Source: Octopus vulgaris
Lineage: Eukaryota
Direction of reading: 5' to 3'
Length of the DNA stretch: 64,000 bases
NCBI GenBank assembly: GCA_951406725.2
Contig: OX597824.1
Span: forward strand, 66,774,001 to 66,838,000
The notes under the pieces are model-generated. The model was not told the origin of the DNA. It made no database searches and saw nothing but the letters and a program-made list of their open reading frames with translations. The translations under genes and the position numbers were made by a program. Positions 39,814-56,213 of this stretch are shown here, one piece after another (the stretch's first letter is position 1; every line of letters begins with the position of its first letter).

Positions 39814-42031
39814 ATCAGGCACTGAAATTTAGATGACTTCAAACTTTTGCTGTTCATGCTGAATATAATAGCATGTAAAGTTCTATTCTTAAAAACACCA
39901 TGTTTTCTTCTGCAGACACCTGTTCAAATCAACAGATTGAAAATAAGTAAGAGAAAAGGAATTTGCAAGTTCTGTTTCAAGCTTTTGCTTATCACTGTCT
40001 GCAAAACATTACTTTTAATCTAACAATCACATATTCACATCCCTGTGCAAACACACATTTTCATGAGGTGGTACATGGCAGAAGGGGAAGAATGTCATAC
40101 AAAATTTCATGTGACATTTGGTTATATCCCTGTATGTTCTGAGTTCAAAGGTCAACATTGACTTTCATTCTTCAATAAAATAAGTAGCAGGTTACATGTA
40201 CTGAAGTCAATGTCATCAGCAACTATATCCTTGAAGGCTGTGCCTCAGTATGGCCACAAGTCAGTGAATTAAATTCATAAAATAATAAGTAATAATATGT
40301 TAGCAAAAAAAAAAAAAAGAAAACACTTAAGGCAGTGAGCTGACAGAATTGTTAGCATGTTGGACAAAAGGATTAGTGTTACTTTGTCTGTCTTTACATT
40401 CTGAGTTCACATTTCGCCAAGGTTAGCTTTGTCTTTCATCCTTTCTGGGTCAATGAAATAAGTACCAGTCAAACACTGGGATTGATGTAATTAATTATCC
40501 CTCTCCTCCAAAATTTCAGGCCTTGTGCCTATAGTAGAAAAGTATATTGTGTTAGCAAAATTCTTTAAAAATAATTTACAATTGAAATGTACAAGATTGT
40601 TGAGTATACCTAAACACTGGCTTTCATGAGTTTTCTTTTTTTATCTTAATCTTACAGCTTTAATTGAAGTGTGACACTACCTTTGTGTCATTGGATGCAA
40701 ATATAGTACTTTGTTTCAAGAATACAGCTTTATGTCTAGTACAGTGGTTTCTTTTGGTCATGGCCCCCATATTTGTGAAACTTATTGCAAACTTTTACAC
40801 TGTATATACCAGTACTAGAGTGTATAATACAATAAAAACTTTCAAGCCTTAAATTATCTCTTGCTGTTGTATTCTTCCCTCAGATAAAATATCTCCTCTT
40901 CCTCCTGTCTTCTCTTCCTTATTATTTGTTTCCTACCAATAACATAAAACCTTAAAACATTCTGTAAAATAGGGTTAGGTTTAAGGGTCATTGTGCAACG
41001 GTTATTCTTCTTTGATGATTTATTTTCTGAAAGCGCTATCTCAAATGGAACACCACTCCATGAAGGAGTTGTCTGCATTTTCCAGGTACTATATATTAGT
41101 TTCCTTACTACAGAGTACCCCAAGACATAACTAGATGATGCCCTAAGCTCTATTTTATATGTGTGATGGTATGATGGTCATAGAGAAAGTAGATGAAATC
41201 TACTAAAGGAGGCAAGTATGCAGATGTAATTCCAGCAGACAAGAGAGCAAATGTGTAAATGAGATCTGAGTCACTAAAGAGCTTTCTTGGTAACAGCAGT
41301 CTCATATACACAATTTTATCTATTTGTACCTGGGATCTAATTTGCATTCTTTCTTATGTGGTATCAGAGATTTCATTTGCATAACTGACATAATGGTTTT
41401 AGAAATTGGATGTGACTGTTGCAGAGATGTTTCCTTCCTATAGCCTAAATATATTAGAGAACAACTTGAAATCTAGTATTAGAAATTAAGGAAAGGTTTG
41501 TTAATCATGCAATGAATTTACTTGCTTCTTGTAGTAGGGAACTCTAATGTACATGTGCTAATTGTAAATACAACTAGATGTGCTAAACCTGTGAATTAAG
41601 AGTTCTGGCTTTCTAACTTAGCATCCACACTCAAACATACATGACTGCTACTGTTAACTCTTCTCTTCAGACCCACAAAATAAATATAACTTCTAATCCT
41701 TCAAGTCTTCAGGAACTTTCTTCCACGAACACTGCCACCACTTCTACCACCTGCACCACCACCAGCACTGCTATCACTGCCATCACTGCCACCACCACCA
41801 CTACCAACACTGCTACCACTGCCATCATTGCCGCCACCACCACCACCACCATACCACTATATTTACAGACATCAACTGTTGGCAATTGAAGTTCAACATT
41901 ATTAGCTGTATTAGCTTCACTAGTTTTGTGGGATCAGGCAAGGAGGGTGAATACAGACCATTCCCCTTGGACCAAATAATTTCTGGTAGTCAGAAACTGA
42001 AAGAAGTCCATCATGTTTGTGTGTGTGTATG

Positions 42032-42836
<805 letters not shown>

Positions 42837-42912
42837 TCAATATAAGGCTAGCAAAAAATTCAAGAAAAATTTATCGCCACCAGCGGTCTAGTGAGAAAGA
42901 AAGAATAGTCAC

Positions 42913-42954
<42 letters not shown>

Positions 42955-43102
42955 GTGGGAGTTACTGTGCTCCTTGTTTTGACTTGCATAAAGTGATGTC
43001 TTTTGTTTCCAATCTTCTGTGGAAAACATTCAGGCCAGGACTTAAGTTTTAGGGTATCATCCTCCCTACCTCCCTTCCACCAACCACGGAGACCCTGTAA
43101 AG

Positions 43103-43439
43103 CAGTGGTTCTCAACTGGGATCCATAAGGTCCCTGAGAGTCCATCTAATATTTCTGGGGGCCCTTGCAACAAAATAGTAAATTGGGGATCCACAATAGT
43201 ATTTTAAGGACTCCCCAAAAAGTTTTCCTTTAGATGTATGTATTTGTAAGTATTGTATGAAACAGCTAGGTTTCTTTCTTTAACATTTTACATAGTTCAA
43301 CCTACATTAGTTAATGTGTGAAAACAAAGAAATTTCTACAAAACTAGCTTTTAATATTGAACAGTAATGAGGTGGGGGTCTACCAGAATAAAATAATAAT
43401 CAATTGAGTCCATAGATAAAAAATGGTTGAGAACTCCAG
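43103..43439. mobile_element. hAT (Charlie-like) MITE
   Basis: TIRs cagtggttctcaac and gttgagaactccag, with 8-bp TSD ctgtaaag at 43095 and 43440. Confidence 0.85.
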
Positions 43440-43749
43440 CTGTAAAGGGTCATTGATGAAAATGAAAAAGACAAAAATACTACAGCAACAGTTTTATGAT
43501 TCTGGGTCAAATTCTCTTACTCTGCCATTAGACTTAGCATCACCACTTAGCTCTTAGGTGTTTTTAGCAGAGTTCACTCTGGGCCAGGTCTCCAGTCTGA
43601 GGATAATCTGCTTTCCACCAGTTTTGGAGGCCTGGAAATAATCATGAGCACTATGATTCTTCCTTTGGCTAAGTTATGTGGAAAAAAAATACATTGCCTC
43701 GGGAATGGGAATCAAGTTGTCTGAGAATATTACCTATGACAAATTGGAA

Positions 43750-43826
43750 CGGGTGTTACCTGTGACATACTGGGAAGGGTGTTACCTGTGACATATTGGG
43801 AGGAGTATTACCTGTGATATACTGGG
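43750..43826 (+). repeat. Tandem repeat of about 26 bp x3 (gggtgttacctgtgacatactgggaa)
   Basis: Seen directly. Confidence 0.85.
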
Positions 43827-44149
43827 AGAAATAATTGTAAGGGTTTTAGTTGTATTGGGGAGTGAGGAACAATAATGTTTTCTTACATGTACAGTGATTG
43901 TGTCTTTTTGCTATGGGAAGAAACAAGATAGACATGACCCCACTAATGGATGTTTTCAAGATCCTTGCTCAGGGAGTCATTGCAGATTTGGCATGAGGTA
44001 TCTAAGCTGTGTGTTGTCTATGTATTATCTATGTATTATCTATGTATGTGTGGGCATTGTTTGAAACTGACAACATATAGTTTACTGGTGACAGGAGGAA
44101 AGATGTGAGGAACAAAACAGAAATTTGGGGCAACCCAGAGTTGATGGTG

Positions 44150-45100
44150 TGGCTCAGAGAGAGCACCATCAGACACACTGCAATACTTTGATCTGAGAAG
44201 AAAGCTATTTATCCAAAGGATGAGAGATGAATGGAGTTTCTTATGCCAAACTTCATTGAAAGTATTGTTGATGTTAAGGATAACAACATTGCTGTCACAA
44301 GCTCACTGAGGAGTAATTTAGAGGAATGTGTTTCTAGTACATCCAGTTTTACAAAAGCTGTACTGTTAATCATTAAGGTTGAGAAAGATACAAGGTGTTT
44401 AAAAAGGTTGCTAATAGTTATCTTTATCCCCTTTGAGACATTTGAACAGCATACAATAGGTTGAAAGTTGACAGAGTTAGGAGGGTTGCCCTTCTTGGGA
44501 ATGAGACATACCTGTAGCATGTTTTCAAAAACCATGATATATCCCTGTTGAGAAAAAGAAGAAAAACCTGGTGAGAGTAGCAGCTAACTCTGGAGTGTAT
44601 TGTTTGAGGGTAATAGAAAGGAAATTATCAGGGACTTTGTTGGCTTTAAACAACCAGAGGATAATAGTGGTACTAGCATAGGTGTTAGGAGTAGAGGGTA
44701 GTAAATATGACTTGTGTTTCCATTTGATGTGTAAATGAGTGTGATGTTGAGAATGGAAGGGACAGACTCAGAGGTGTTGATTTGGTGCAGAGGCAGAAAA
44801 TGTGGAAGCTTTTTCTGCAGAAGTATTTCATACAGGATCATCATGGCTTTCTTAGAAAATATTCCAGAAAATTATGGAAAGAAAACTAAAAAGAGAAAAT
44901 AAAAAATCAGCTGCAGATCAGTGGTTGCATGTAGCTGTGCAAAGCATAGTGGCATCTTCTGCAGTTTGGATGGTGCTCTTTCAGAGTTGTAATGCTTGGT
45001 AAATGCTTTCTAGATATGAATAATTTTAATCTAGCTTTGTTCTAGGTTGTTCTTTGCCTGAATTGCTACAGTGTAGCTATGAGGGAACCACTCAGAGGAC
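44150..45100 (-). mobile_element. Old LINE (CR1/L2/Jockey-like) RT remnant; related remnant at about 47500-48090 (+)
   Basis: VCLIPKKGNPPNSVNFQPI motif; SADDTTLY in the second remnant. Confidence 0.55.
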
Positions 45101-47428
45101 TCTTGGCTGTAAGATAAAATAAAGTAACAGTCAAGTACTGAGATTTATTTAATCAAATGTTCTCAACCCAACTAATCCAAATTTCTGACTGTATGTTAAT
45201 GTAAACAGTATTTAGTTGTATTCTCTTTATGTTCTGAGTTCAAATCCCACTAAGATTCTAGTTTACCTTTAAACCTTCTGGGACCAATCCATTAAGTATC
45301 AATCAAGTATTGGTAGCAGAATAGGAAATATTATGAACTGTACCACACCCTAGTTTCACAAAAGAAATTTTTTTAATATTGAGGTACTACACATAAGAAA
45401 ATATTTTATCATTCAGCCTTACTGCAAACAAAAACTATTCAACTCATCAATAATGAATGGGCCCTCTGACTTCTATTGATTTGTTTTAATTTCATTTGTT
45501 AGTTTCTTCACTGTTGGGAAGAGAACACCATGCAAATCTTTTATGGGAGTTTGTACCTACAAGAATGATAATAGTGGCACTAGCAATGGTGTTAGCAGTA
45601 GAGGGTAGTAAGTATGACTTATGTTTCCACTTGTGGAGGTATTAGTGGATACAACATCCTTTTGGGCTGCTATCAGTTGCACGTAGTGTGTTATGCTCTT
45701 GCTTCAACAACATCTTTTATAGAGCAGCAAACAACCTGTTGTCTGCTGCTCTATATTTCAATCTATAAGTGGGCTTTAAATAAACAGCTTGATTTTACCT
45801 TTGGATTCTTGTTTTCTCCTATCCTTTCTGATTGCTTATAAATTTGCATGTTTTCTTCATTTTCATTTTGGCAGTGGTAAGAGTGGTTGTTTTTTTTGGG
45901 TTTTTTTTGTTATTAAAAAAATGAAAATTACCAGAGACACACTTTCACTTGTGTATTATCTGTTGTTTGCACAACACCCTATTCTTTTAAGCTGCCATAT
46001 TCATTGTTGTTTATTTACACAATTTTTTTAATACTTCCTAGCCTTTTAGGGCTCCTGTGCTGATGGCACGTAAAAAGGACCATTCAAGTGTGGTCAATGC
46101 CAGTACCACCTGACTGGCCCTCATGCCGGTGGTACGTAAAAGCACCCACTACACTCTTGGAGTGGTTGGCATTAGGAAGGGCATCCAGCTGTAGAAACCT
46201 TGCCAGATCAGATTGGAGCCTGGAACCGCCTTCTGGCTTGCCAGTCCTCAGTCAAACTGTCTAATGCAAGTCAGCATGGAAAGTGGACATTAAACGACAA
46301 TGATGGTGATGATGATGCTAAGAGTTTTTTATCGCGAAAGTCTGATAAAGCTGAATCATTTCTAGAGTTATCTTACTGTACTTGTCAATGATTCAACTCA
46401 CTTTCACTGCATGTCTCCCTGAACTCCATTCTCCAATCCACTTTTAATTTAAATTTTGGGATTGTCTCTCCTACCTTTCTAAATCAGAATTGGTCATTAA
46501 GCTAATGTTTCTTTTCTCTTCACTATGAATGCAATTTTAATTAATTAGATTCTTTTAATTCACTGTTTTTAAGTATTTTTTATGCAGAAGCCATTTCTGG
46601 GTGAATTCAAATTACTCTTCAGTTATATAGGATTCTTTCTTACTCCTTCCTTGCATGTTAAAATAAATGACTTTTGTCTTGTATTGCTCTTTCATGAACC
46701 CTGCTACTTTTAAGTATAGCTTTCTTTTTTATATTGAATGCCAAGCAGTTTGTCTTGATTCTATTTAGTATTAGATTATTTCATTTGAAGCTTTTGTAAT
46801 TGTGTAGTAAATTTTTCAGTGAGAATTGCTGGTTTGCATGTAAAAAGAACCTTTTGAACATTGGGCCTCACAAAGACAATGTGGCTGATTCTGGTGTTGT
46901 GTAACTAGCACCCATGCTGGTGGCACTTACAAGGCACCTTTCAAGTGTTGGGCCTTGTGGAGGCAATGACAAATGACTGAGACCTTTGGCAATATGCCGT
47001 GCTTGAAAAGAAGACCCATCAAGCCAAGTGAAATCGTATTATACAACTGGCACCCATGCCAGTGGCATGTAAAAACACCCATTACACTCTCAGAGTGGTT
47101 GGTGTTTGGTAGGGCATCCAGCTTTAGAAACAATGCCAAATCAGACAGGTGTCTGGTACAGACCCTCAACTTACTAGCCCTGGTCAAAGCATCCAGCCCA
47201 TTCCAGCATGGATAATGGATGTTAAATGATGATGAGGATACACATACATATGCATCTATGTTCCGCTATTGTTGATATTCGGTAGCGAGGTCCTTTCCTC
47301 TTCCATGTTCCAGATAGATCTTAAGCCAACAGGTCTTGGGATCTGATGGTATGCTGTAAAACTAAGTGCTTTATGGATGTGAGACCCAGGGTAATCCCAT
47401 AATGTGGCCTTATCTAACTTTATTTATG

Positions 47429-47491
<63 letters not shown>

Positions 47492-48697
47492 TTCACTAGA
47501 GTGTATCAGTGAAGGCTGATGCCAGAACTAGTCTTTATTATTGCCAAACCCTTCAATTTCTCTATCTTGGGAAACATGCAGTGTCCTTCATTCACAAGAA
47601 AAGATTCTTCCAAACCACATTCACTCTCAATATCGCCGAAGAGATGAAGATAGTCATTAACATCAACCTGCAACAACCTCTCTCTCTACTTAATAGCCAT
47701 CATTATGCCTTTCATAAAGCCATATCAATTGGACAGTAACTCTGAGATGTGTACCCTCACCTTTGAGAAATTTGGTGCAAACACTATTGTTTTGCTCACA
47801 TAAACAAATGTTTAGCTACATCAGCCATATGAATCTCCTAGTAAAACTGTCTATGAATGAGCTTCAGTTATCGCTTATCTCTTTGATCAGTGGCTTACTG
47901 TCAGATGATACCATCACTGCATGTTCTAATGATGCTTTTTCTGATGCATACACACTTAATTTCAGCATTACCTTGTGTTTCAGTTTTGTTTCTTACATAC
48001 TTTTACATCAACAACCTGTTTTCCATCACCTCAAAGAACACCCACCCCTCTGCAGATGATACCACCCTTTATTCCGCTTTAGCCCTTCCCAACGTTTATA
48101 CAGCCTTTTCTACTCTAGGCACAGGGCCTGAAATTTTTCGTGGTGGGGCAGTCGATTAGTATGCAACTGGTACTTAATTTATCGATCCTGAAAGGATGAA
48201 AGGCAAAATCAACCTTGGCAGAATTTGAACTCAGAATGTAAAGACAGACGAAATACTGCTAAGCATTTCACCTGACATGCTAACGTTTCTGCCAGCTTGC
48301 TGCCTTTAATGTTCATATATCAACCACAAACCTAAATCTCATACCAGACCTGCACAGACTCTATAAACAGAGACTGCCAGAACCATTCTCCAGTAGTATT
48401 GTACCAATATTGTCTCTTTCATCAGCATAGAGACACACACACCACCACCACCACCACCCACCAACAACAACAACGAAAAAAACAACAAACATGAACAGCA
48501 CACAGAACCAGCAAGGCTGCCACAAATGCTAGACTCCATCTTTACTGGCTGTGTGGTTAAGAAGCATGCTTTGAAACTGCATGGTTCTGGGTTCAGTCCC
48601 ACTGCATGGCTCCTTGGGAAGGTATCTTCTATTATAGCCCTAGACCAACTGATGCTTTGTGAATGAGTTTAGTAGATGGAAACTATGTAGAAGCCTG

Positions 48698-48752
<55 letters not shown>

Positions 48753-48755
<3 letters not shown>

Positions 48756-49150
48756 AAATGTAATATGTGACAATTATTCGGTAGCCATGATAAAACTCCG
48801 AGTTTCAGATGCCGGAGTGGAAATCCACACCGCCATCTTTTCAGTTATCCAACCATTGGAAAAAATGCTATGAAAATGACCGTTAAACAAAGGGAAATTA
48901 CTGTGTGATTGACCGTTATTAAGACAGGTCCATCACACAGTAATTTCCTTTCGTTTAACGGACATTTTCATAGCATTTTTTCCAATGGTCGGATAACTGA
49001 AAAGATGGCGGCGGCGATTTCCACCCCGGCATCCAAGACTCGAAGTTTTATCAAGGCTACCAAATAATTGTCACATATTACATTTACAGATAAATTCCTC
49101 TATTTGCATAATATCGAGGTCTTTTTCATTCTTTTGTTGTCTTACCATTT
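48753..49150 (+). mobile_element. Penelope-type fold-back element (arms of about 160 bp) with degenerate hammerhead motifs
   Basis: 48753-48912 is the reverse complement of about 48928-49088, with a tail to about 49150, inserted in microsatellite. Confidence 0.7.
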
Positions 49151-50879
<1,729 letters not shown>

Positions 50880-51902
50880 GTGTGTGTGTGTGTCTCTCTC
50901 CCTATATATATATATATATATCTGTATGTGTGTATTTGTGTTTGCCCTACACCACTACCTGACAACTGGTCTTCAGTTGTTTACACCCCAATAACTTAAG
51001 TACAACAAAAGAGACTGATGAATTAAGTCCTAGAGTCAATTTTCTCAACTAAACCCTCCAAAGTAGTGTCCCAGCATGGCCACAATCCAATAACTGAAAC
51101 AAGTAAAAAATAATTAAAAAAAAAACATCCTCAGCTTAGCAAAAGATTCATCACAAAGACCAAACTTCCACTTCAGAATCAGAAACTACTACTGATCTTC
51201 TATAAAAGTCAGGTGAGGCTCACAGTGGAGCACTGTTCCTACTTTTGTGCTTCTGCATATGTATCTATCATAAATCTTAAAGAAACACCACTTAATTGAC
51301 TGGCACAGAGTCGCTCATCAATGCACTCCAGTTTCTGATCCACACATATGCTATTTCTTCTTCCTGCCCATTCTACAACCTCACCAATGGCTTCTGTTCC
51401 TTGGAGCTAACTGGTTTTGTTGCATCTCCACTGCAATGTTCCTGATTCATTTGTCTCTCTCATCTGTTCAATTCCGCCTCCTCCAAGGCCCCTCAGAAAT
51501 CACTATTCTCAGTCCTTTCTTTTGAAAAATGGTAGCTCCTTGGGCTACTTTCTTTGCCTGTGGATTTCTTGCAGCTGTTGATTTGTAACTATTGAAGACT
51601 AACATTTCAAACTCTCCAGCCTTGCATAAAAACCTGTGATGGTCATGCACACAAACACTTTCATCAGATAAAAATTAATACCTATTGAACAAAAAAAAAA
51701 TCGCAAACACACACACACACACACACACAAATACATTCATATATATTGTTCATTTTACTTTTTCAGCTGTTGAATTGCTGACATAGGAAGAGAAATCCAC
51801 TTCAATGATACCCATCTGTGCAATAAGAAGGTGCATCTCCTTTCTTTATTCTAAATTTACATTTACATAATACATTGTGAAGTGTATTTTATTTCATTTG
51901 TC

Positions 51903-52700
51903 GGATCTTTTCGGTTTGAATGGCAGTTTTTAACATAATTTCTAGGTAACTAAAAATTTTAAACTTCGTATACTGGTAGAATTTGTTTATAAAACATCAT
52001 TTTCTCTTGGCTTTCTTGAGAAAATTGTGTAGTTTGTAACATATTTCATCTTTAATTTCTTGCTTTTCAGCAATTTCAACCAATCAATTACGCCCATTGA
52101 CGTAAATAACATTCTGTGCCGTATGAATATGTCCCTCATTTAAGAAACAGATTGGGTTTATTTACATTTGTGAAGAAAAAAGATACCCTTCCCCCACCCC
52201 TAACCCTAACTTACCCTAAATCTAAAATAGATTGAAATTCAATAGATCGATTCTAGGGTCATAATTATGGGTGACAATTTCATATGACACCGATAGAAAA
52301 AATGGCCGTTTTTTCTAGCGGTATCATATGAAATTGTCACCCATAATTATGACCCTAGAATCGATCTATTGCATTTCAATCTATTTTAGATTTAGGGTTA
52401 GAGGTGGGGGAAGGGTATCTTTTTTTTTTCACAAATGTAAATAAACCCAATCTGTTTCTTAAACGAGGGACATATTCATACGGCACAGAATGTTGTTTAC
52501 GTCAATGGACGTAATTGATTGGTTGAAATTGCTGAAATGCAAGAAATTAAAGACGAAATATATTACAAACTACACAATTTTCTCAAGAAAGCCAAGAGAA
52601 AAAGATGTTTTATAAACACATTCTACCAGTATATGAAGTTTAAAATTTTTTAGTTACCTAGAAATTATGTTAAAAACAGCCGTTCAAACCGAAAAGATTC
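51903..52700. mobile_element. Fully palindromic MITE dimer of about 800 bp with 8-bp TSD
   Basis: Termini ggatcttttcggtttgaa and ttcaaaccgaaaagattc; arms are reverse complements; catttgtc at 51895 and 52701. Confidence 0.9.
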
Positions 52701-52765
52701 CATTTGTCTTCATTTAATTTTTAAATATGAAGTTATGTTTTATGCTGGACTCACAATACACCTTT

Positions 52766-52796
<31 letters not shown>

Positions 52797-52999
52797 TTAA
52801 GGTATAGAGCCAATGATTTTGAAAGGAGAAGTCACTTGATTAAATTACTCCCAGATTGTGACTGTTACATTATTTTCTCACTCCCAGAGATAGAAGGTAA
52901 AGTAGATCTTGACAGGATTTGAAATCAAAATCTTAAAAGCCAATGCTTTTTGATTCTACCAATAATAAAACTATGATAGTATTTTGAACAGGAATGGGG

Positions 53000-54150
53000 A
53001 GGTGCCTGATTACATGTAATGAAAATGCAGAATAGATCAAAATAGTTGAGATGGAACTGAGCAATACAAAGAAGTAAATACCATTCTCTATAACTAGGGA
53101 CAATGTCCTGAAGCAGTAAAAGACACTACCAAACTGGAGAACCCCAAGAGCAAATAGGATCCAAGGACTTTGAATAGAACATTTGAAATCCTTTCATGGT
53201 CAAATCAGAAATCATCCAAATGAAGTAGAAAAATTATTGCTCAGTCAGCTTCCTCTGTTACTAAGAGGCATTTTATGCAGATCAGATTGCTGTTAGCAGA
53301 CTGCTGCTATAAAGAATGCAATAAACATTCAAAAGACACTGAAGACCATCAACAAAATAATAGTGAAACATTAAGAGACTAATCTGTGCAGGATGTGGGT
53401 CAACTTCAAAAAAGCCTGTGGTGTACTGCTGCATTCTTGAATTATAGTATGACTTTGAATGTTCAGCATAGCTGAATAGGTCATTATTAGACAGAAGCAA
53501 ATGCCGGTCATTTATATATGGGATGCAAGGTTAAAGGGAGATAACTTTTAAAGTATTTTCTGTTGTGTCTGGGTAGAGTTATTTTCTTTTTGTGCCTTAT
53601 AATATAACACATGCACCGGTAAAATTTCCACTTATTTCTTATTTTTATTTTCCTAAAATTTTTGTTGCGTCTTGCAACCTTTTCAATAGTCTTGACTCTT
53701 AAAGTATTTCTGATTGTAAATGAAGTGCAACTGTCAGATGAACCATATCTTGCAAAAAATAAAGAACTACTTGAACCTATCGCAAAAGAACTAGAACTTG
53801 TTTACGTTGAATTTGAAGAAAATTATATACAATAAATTGTAAAAGAAAGGAAGCAATAGAGAAAAATGCAGTTTTATGGAAAGTTCCTCAGAGATGCTGA
53901 GAGTGAGAAATTCAAGACTCATCATGAAGAGTAAAATAGAAAGTTTGTTGGCAGCTGTTCCAGATCAAGCCTCAAATACTAATTCAGTGAATAAAGGTAT
54001 TTATTTTTCCCACTTCAGGGAATAAATGCCAGTTATGTAATCACCAAGTGGAAAACATTGACCACATTGTAACAGGCCGTAAAATATTAGCTAAGAAAGA
54101 ATACAAATGATGGCATGTTAATGTCTGTCTTAATTTACACCAATCACTTT
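53000..54150 (+). mobile_element. Highly degenerate R4/Dong-like remnant
   Basis: ESLLAAVPDQA...KCQLC...ENIDHIVTG..ILAKKEYK, similar to the 38.3-38.5 kb segment. Confidence 0.6.
53559..53698 (-). mobile_element. Short Penelope-type insertion with hammerhead-like relic
   Basis: 11-bp TSD ttaaagtattt at 53548 and 53699; hammerhead-like fold at 53653-53689. Confidence 0.55.
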
Positions 54151-54294
54151 GGTGCATGCATGCATATGTGTGTATGGATACCCAGTTCATTATTTTTCAT
54201 GCCTTCATAAGATCTATGCACAAACTCCAAAATAGGCAAAATATCAATAATATTTTCACCTTAATTATGGTAAAAAAATAACATATTTAGGTTA

Positions 54295-54801
54295 CTGTAA
54301 ATCCTGAAGTATAATCCGCATTTTTTTCCCAAAATTTAAAGGTCAAAATCCCTAGTGCATACTATATACGAGGTTAAAAATGAAAAATATTTTCTAAGCA
54401 ATGTCCGAGTCTCTATTTTCTGTCCGGCAATGTTTATTCAGATGCATTTTGTGATGTCAGGTGCGAAAATATCTTAAGCTAAGCCTGAAAGCAATGAATT
54501 CATAAAAGAATCATCCATAACTTGCAGTAAGCAACATTTATTAAACGTTATTACTGTTATTTCTTTATTTTCTGCAAACAAAATGCACAAAAAAGCGTTT
54601 GCATTTTGTTATATATACAATAATAATAAAGGACGTTACCGTATACATTTTTACAAACCAAGGACATTATATAGACCTCCATGACTCTAGTCAGAGAAGG
54701 GGTGTCTATTATACACAAGGTTTAGGTTTTTAAGAGGTACAGCCCCCTAAAATTCCCCTGCGTATTATACTCAAGGGTGGACTATACTCGAGGATTTACA
54801 G
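54295..54801. mobile_element. Tc1/mariner-superfamily MITE (TA TSD)
   Basis: TA-ctgtaaatcctgaagtataatcc ... ggactatactcgaggatttacag-TA. Confidence 0.8.
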
Positions 54802-55301
54802 TACTAATTATTTATTATATAATATATTATCATAACTATTCCTCTATCTACTACATATCATTTTGCTTATGCATTTTGTGATATCCTTTCTTTATACAAT
54901 GTTACCTTAGCTGCTTGATCTTTGACAAATGTTCTCCAATTCTGGCATAGTTTATTAAACTGAAATTAAAAACAAAATGTGTTCATTTCACATTATTTCA
55001 TTATAATTTTCTGCTGGCAAATTGTCGAAGATGAGTAAAACATGGAAGTTGCTGTAGTCGTCTTGAGAAAGCATCTTGTAAAGACATGTAGTGTTAAAAA
55101 CTACAGAAATATATCAGTAGCAGGCAAAAAGTGTCTGGCAGTGGTGGTGGACTTGCTAAATACATATTTCTGCTTCTTGAATGTCATCAGTAGCAAGCAT
55201 CCACTGGCAACCCTATGCTAAGATAAATTTAGTCTCACTTGATATAGAAGAACAATGATTAACAAATCACTGGAGCTGCAATTAACCAACAAGCTGGATA
55301 G

Positions 55302-55345
<44 letters not shown>

Positions 55346-56035
55346 TATATATACATATATACACACATATATATACATGCATATACACATATACATACAT
55401 ACATACACACATATATATACATGCATACATACACACATACATCATTTACCATACTGGCACAGACATCTACATTATCAGATTACACTGTGTAACACAATTT
55501 TTGTCCTTTGGTAACAACTATTATTTCCTATTTGCTTACCCCTAGAAAGTCTGAAAAATGGCTAATATTTTCTTCAAACTTTGCTTTTGTTACATTTATT
55601 CAAATCCAAAAAATCCCTCTCAATACCTAGCTATGATGTTCCCCCATTACTCTTGCTCATAACCAGAGTTTAACATATTGTCAGCCACTAGGGGACATGC
55701 TCAAGTGCTTAATGTTAAGCAACTGACAAATATGTCAGTGGTATTGAGCAGAATATTTGCTATAACGATATTTCTGCTTCAGCAACTCACTGCTGAATCT
55801 GTCTGAAATGTAATGGAAAATAGGTCAGTTTCAAAACATTGATGTCCAGGTCACAAAAGCAAAGTTTGAAGAAAATTATTTGTGATGCTTTAAGATACAG
55901 GGGGAACAAATTCATTTTTAATCAGTTGAAATCTAGGATCAAGTGCAATTCTTATCAAGAAAAGCAAAGAAGCAGTTACCTCTGTTGTCAGCAAAGGATT
56001 TCTCTCACACTGGAAAGGAAAGACAATTTGAATTA

Positions 56036-56213
56036 CCATATTTTAAAGTGTATAAAGAACACCTTTTTTGTCAAAAATTAGGCTAAAATCTATGGGAGTT
56101 TCTTATACATGGATAGTATTATAATCCCTTATAAAACTTTTTTCCAAATTTTAAGCCTCAAAAATTAGGGGGCTTCTTATACATGAGGGTTTCTTATACA
56201 CGTTAAAATACAG
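56036..56213. mobile_element. Small Tc1/mariner-type MITE
   Basis: TA-ccatattttaaagtgtataa ... ttatacacgttaaaatacag-TA. Absent from the paralogous segment at 58.4 kb. Confidence 0.75.

Noticed and set aside
41641-41889. Thr-rich mucin-like ORF
   Set aside because: Degenerate (ACC/ACT)n trinucleotide repeat with no splice signals or domain.
52198-52220. ccctaa telomere-like repeats
   Set aside because: Only two or three imperfect units, internal to the MITE; not an interstitial telomere.
55239-55275. Possible further minus-strand exon ([12 protein letters not shown]), and another at about 56517-56584
   Set aside because: Splice signals are plausible, but I could not join them into a consistent frame or recognise a protein.
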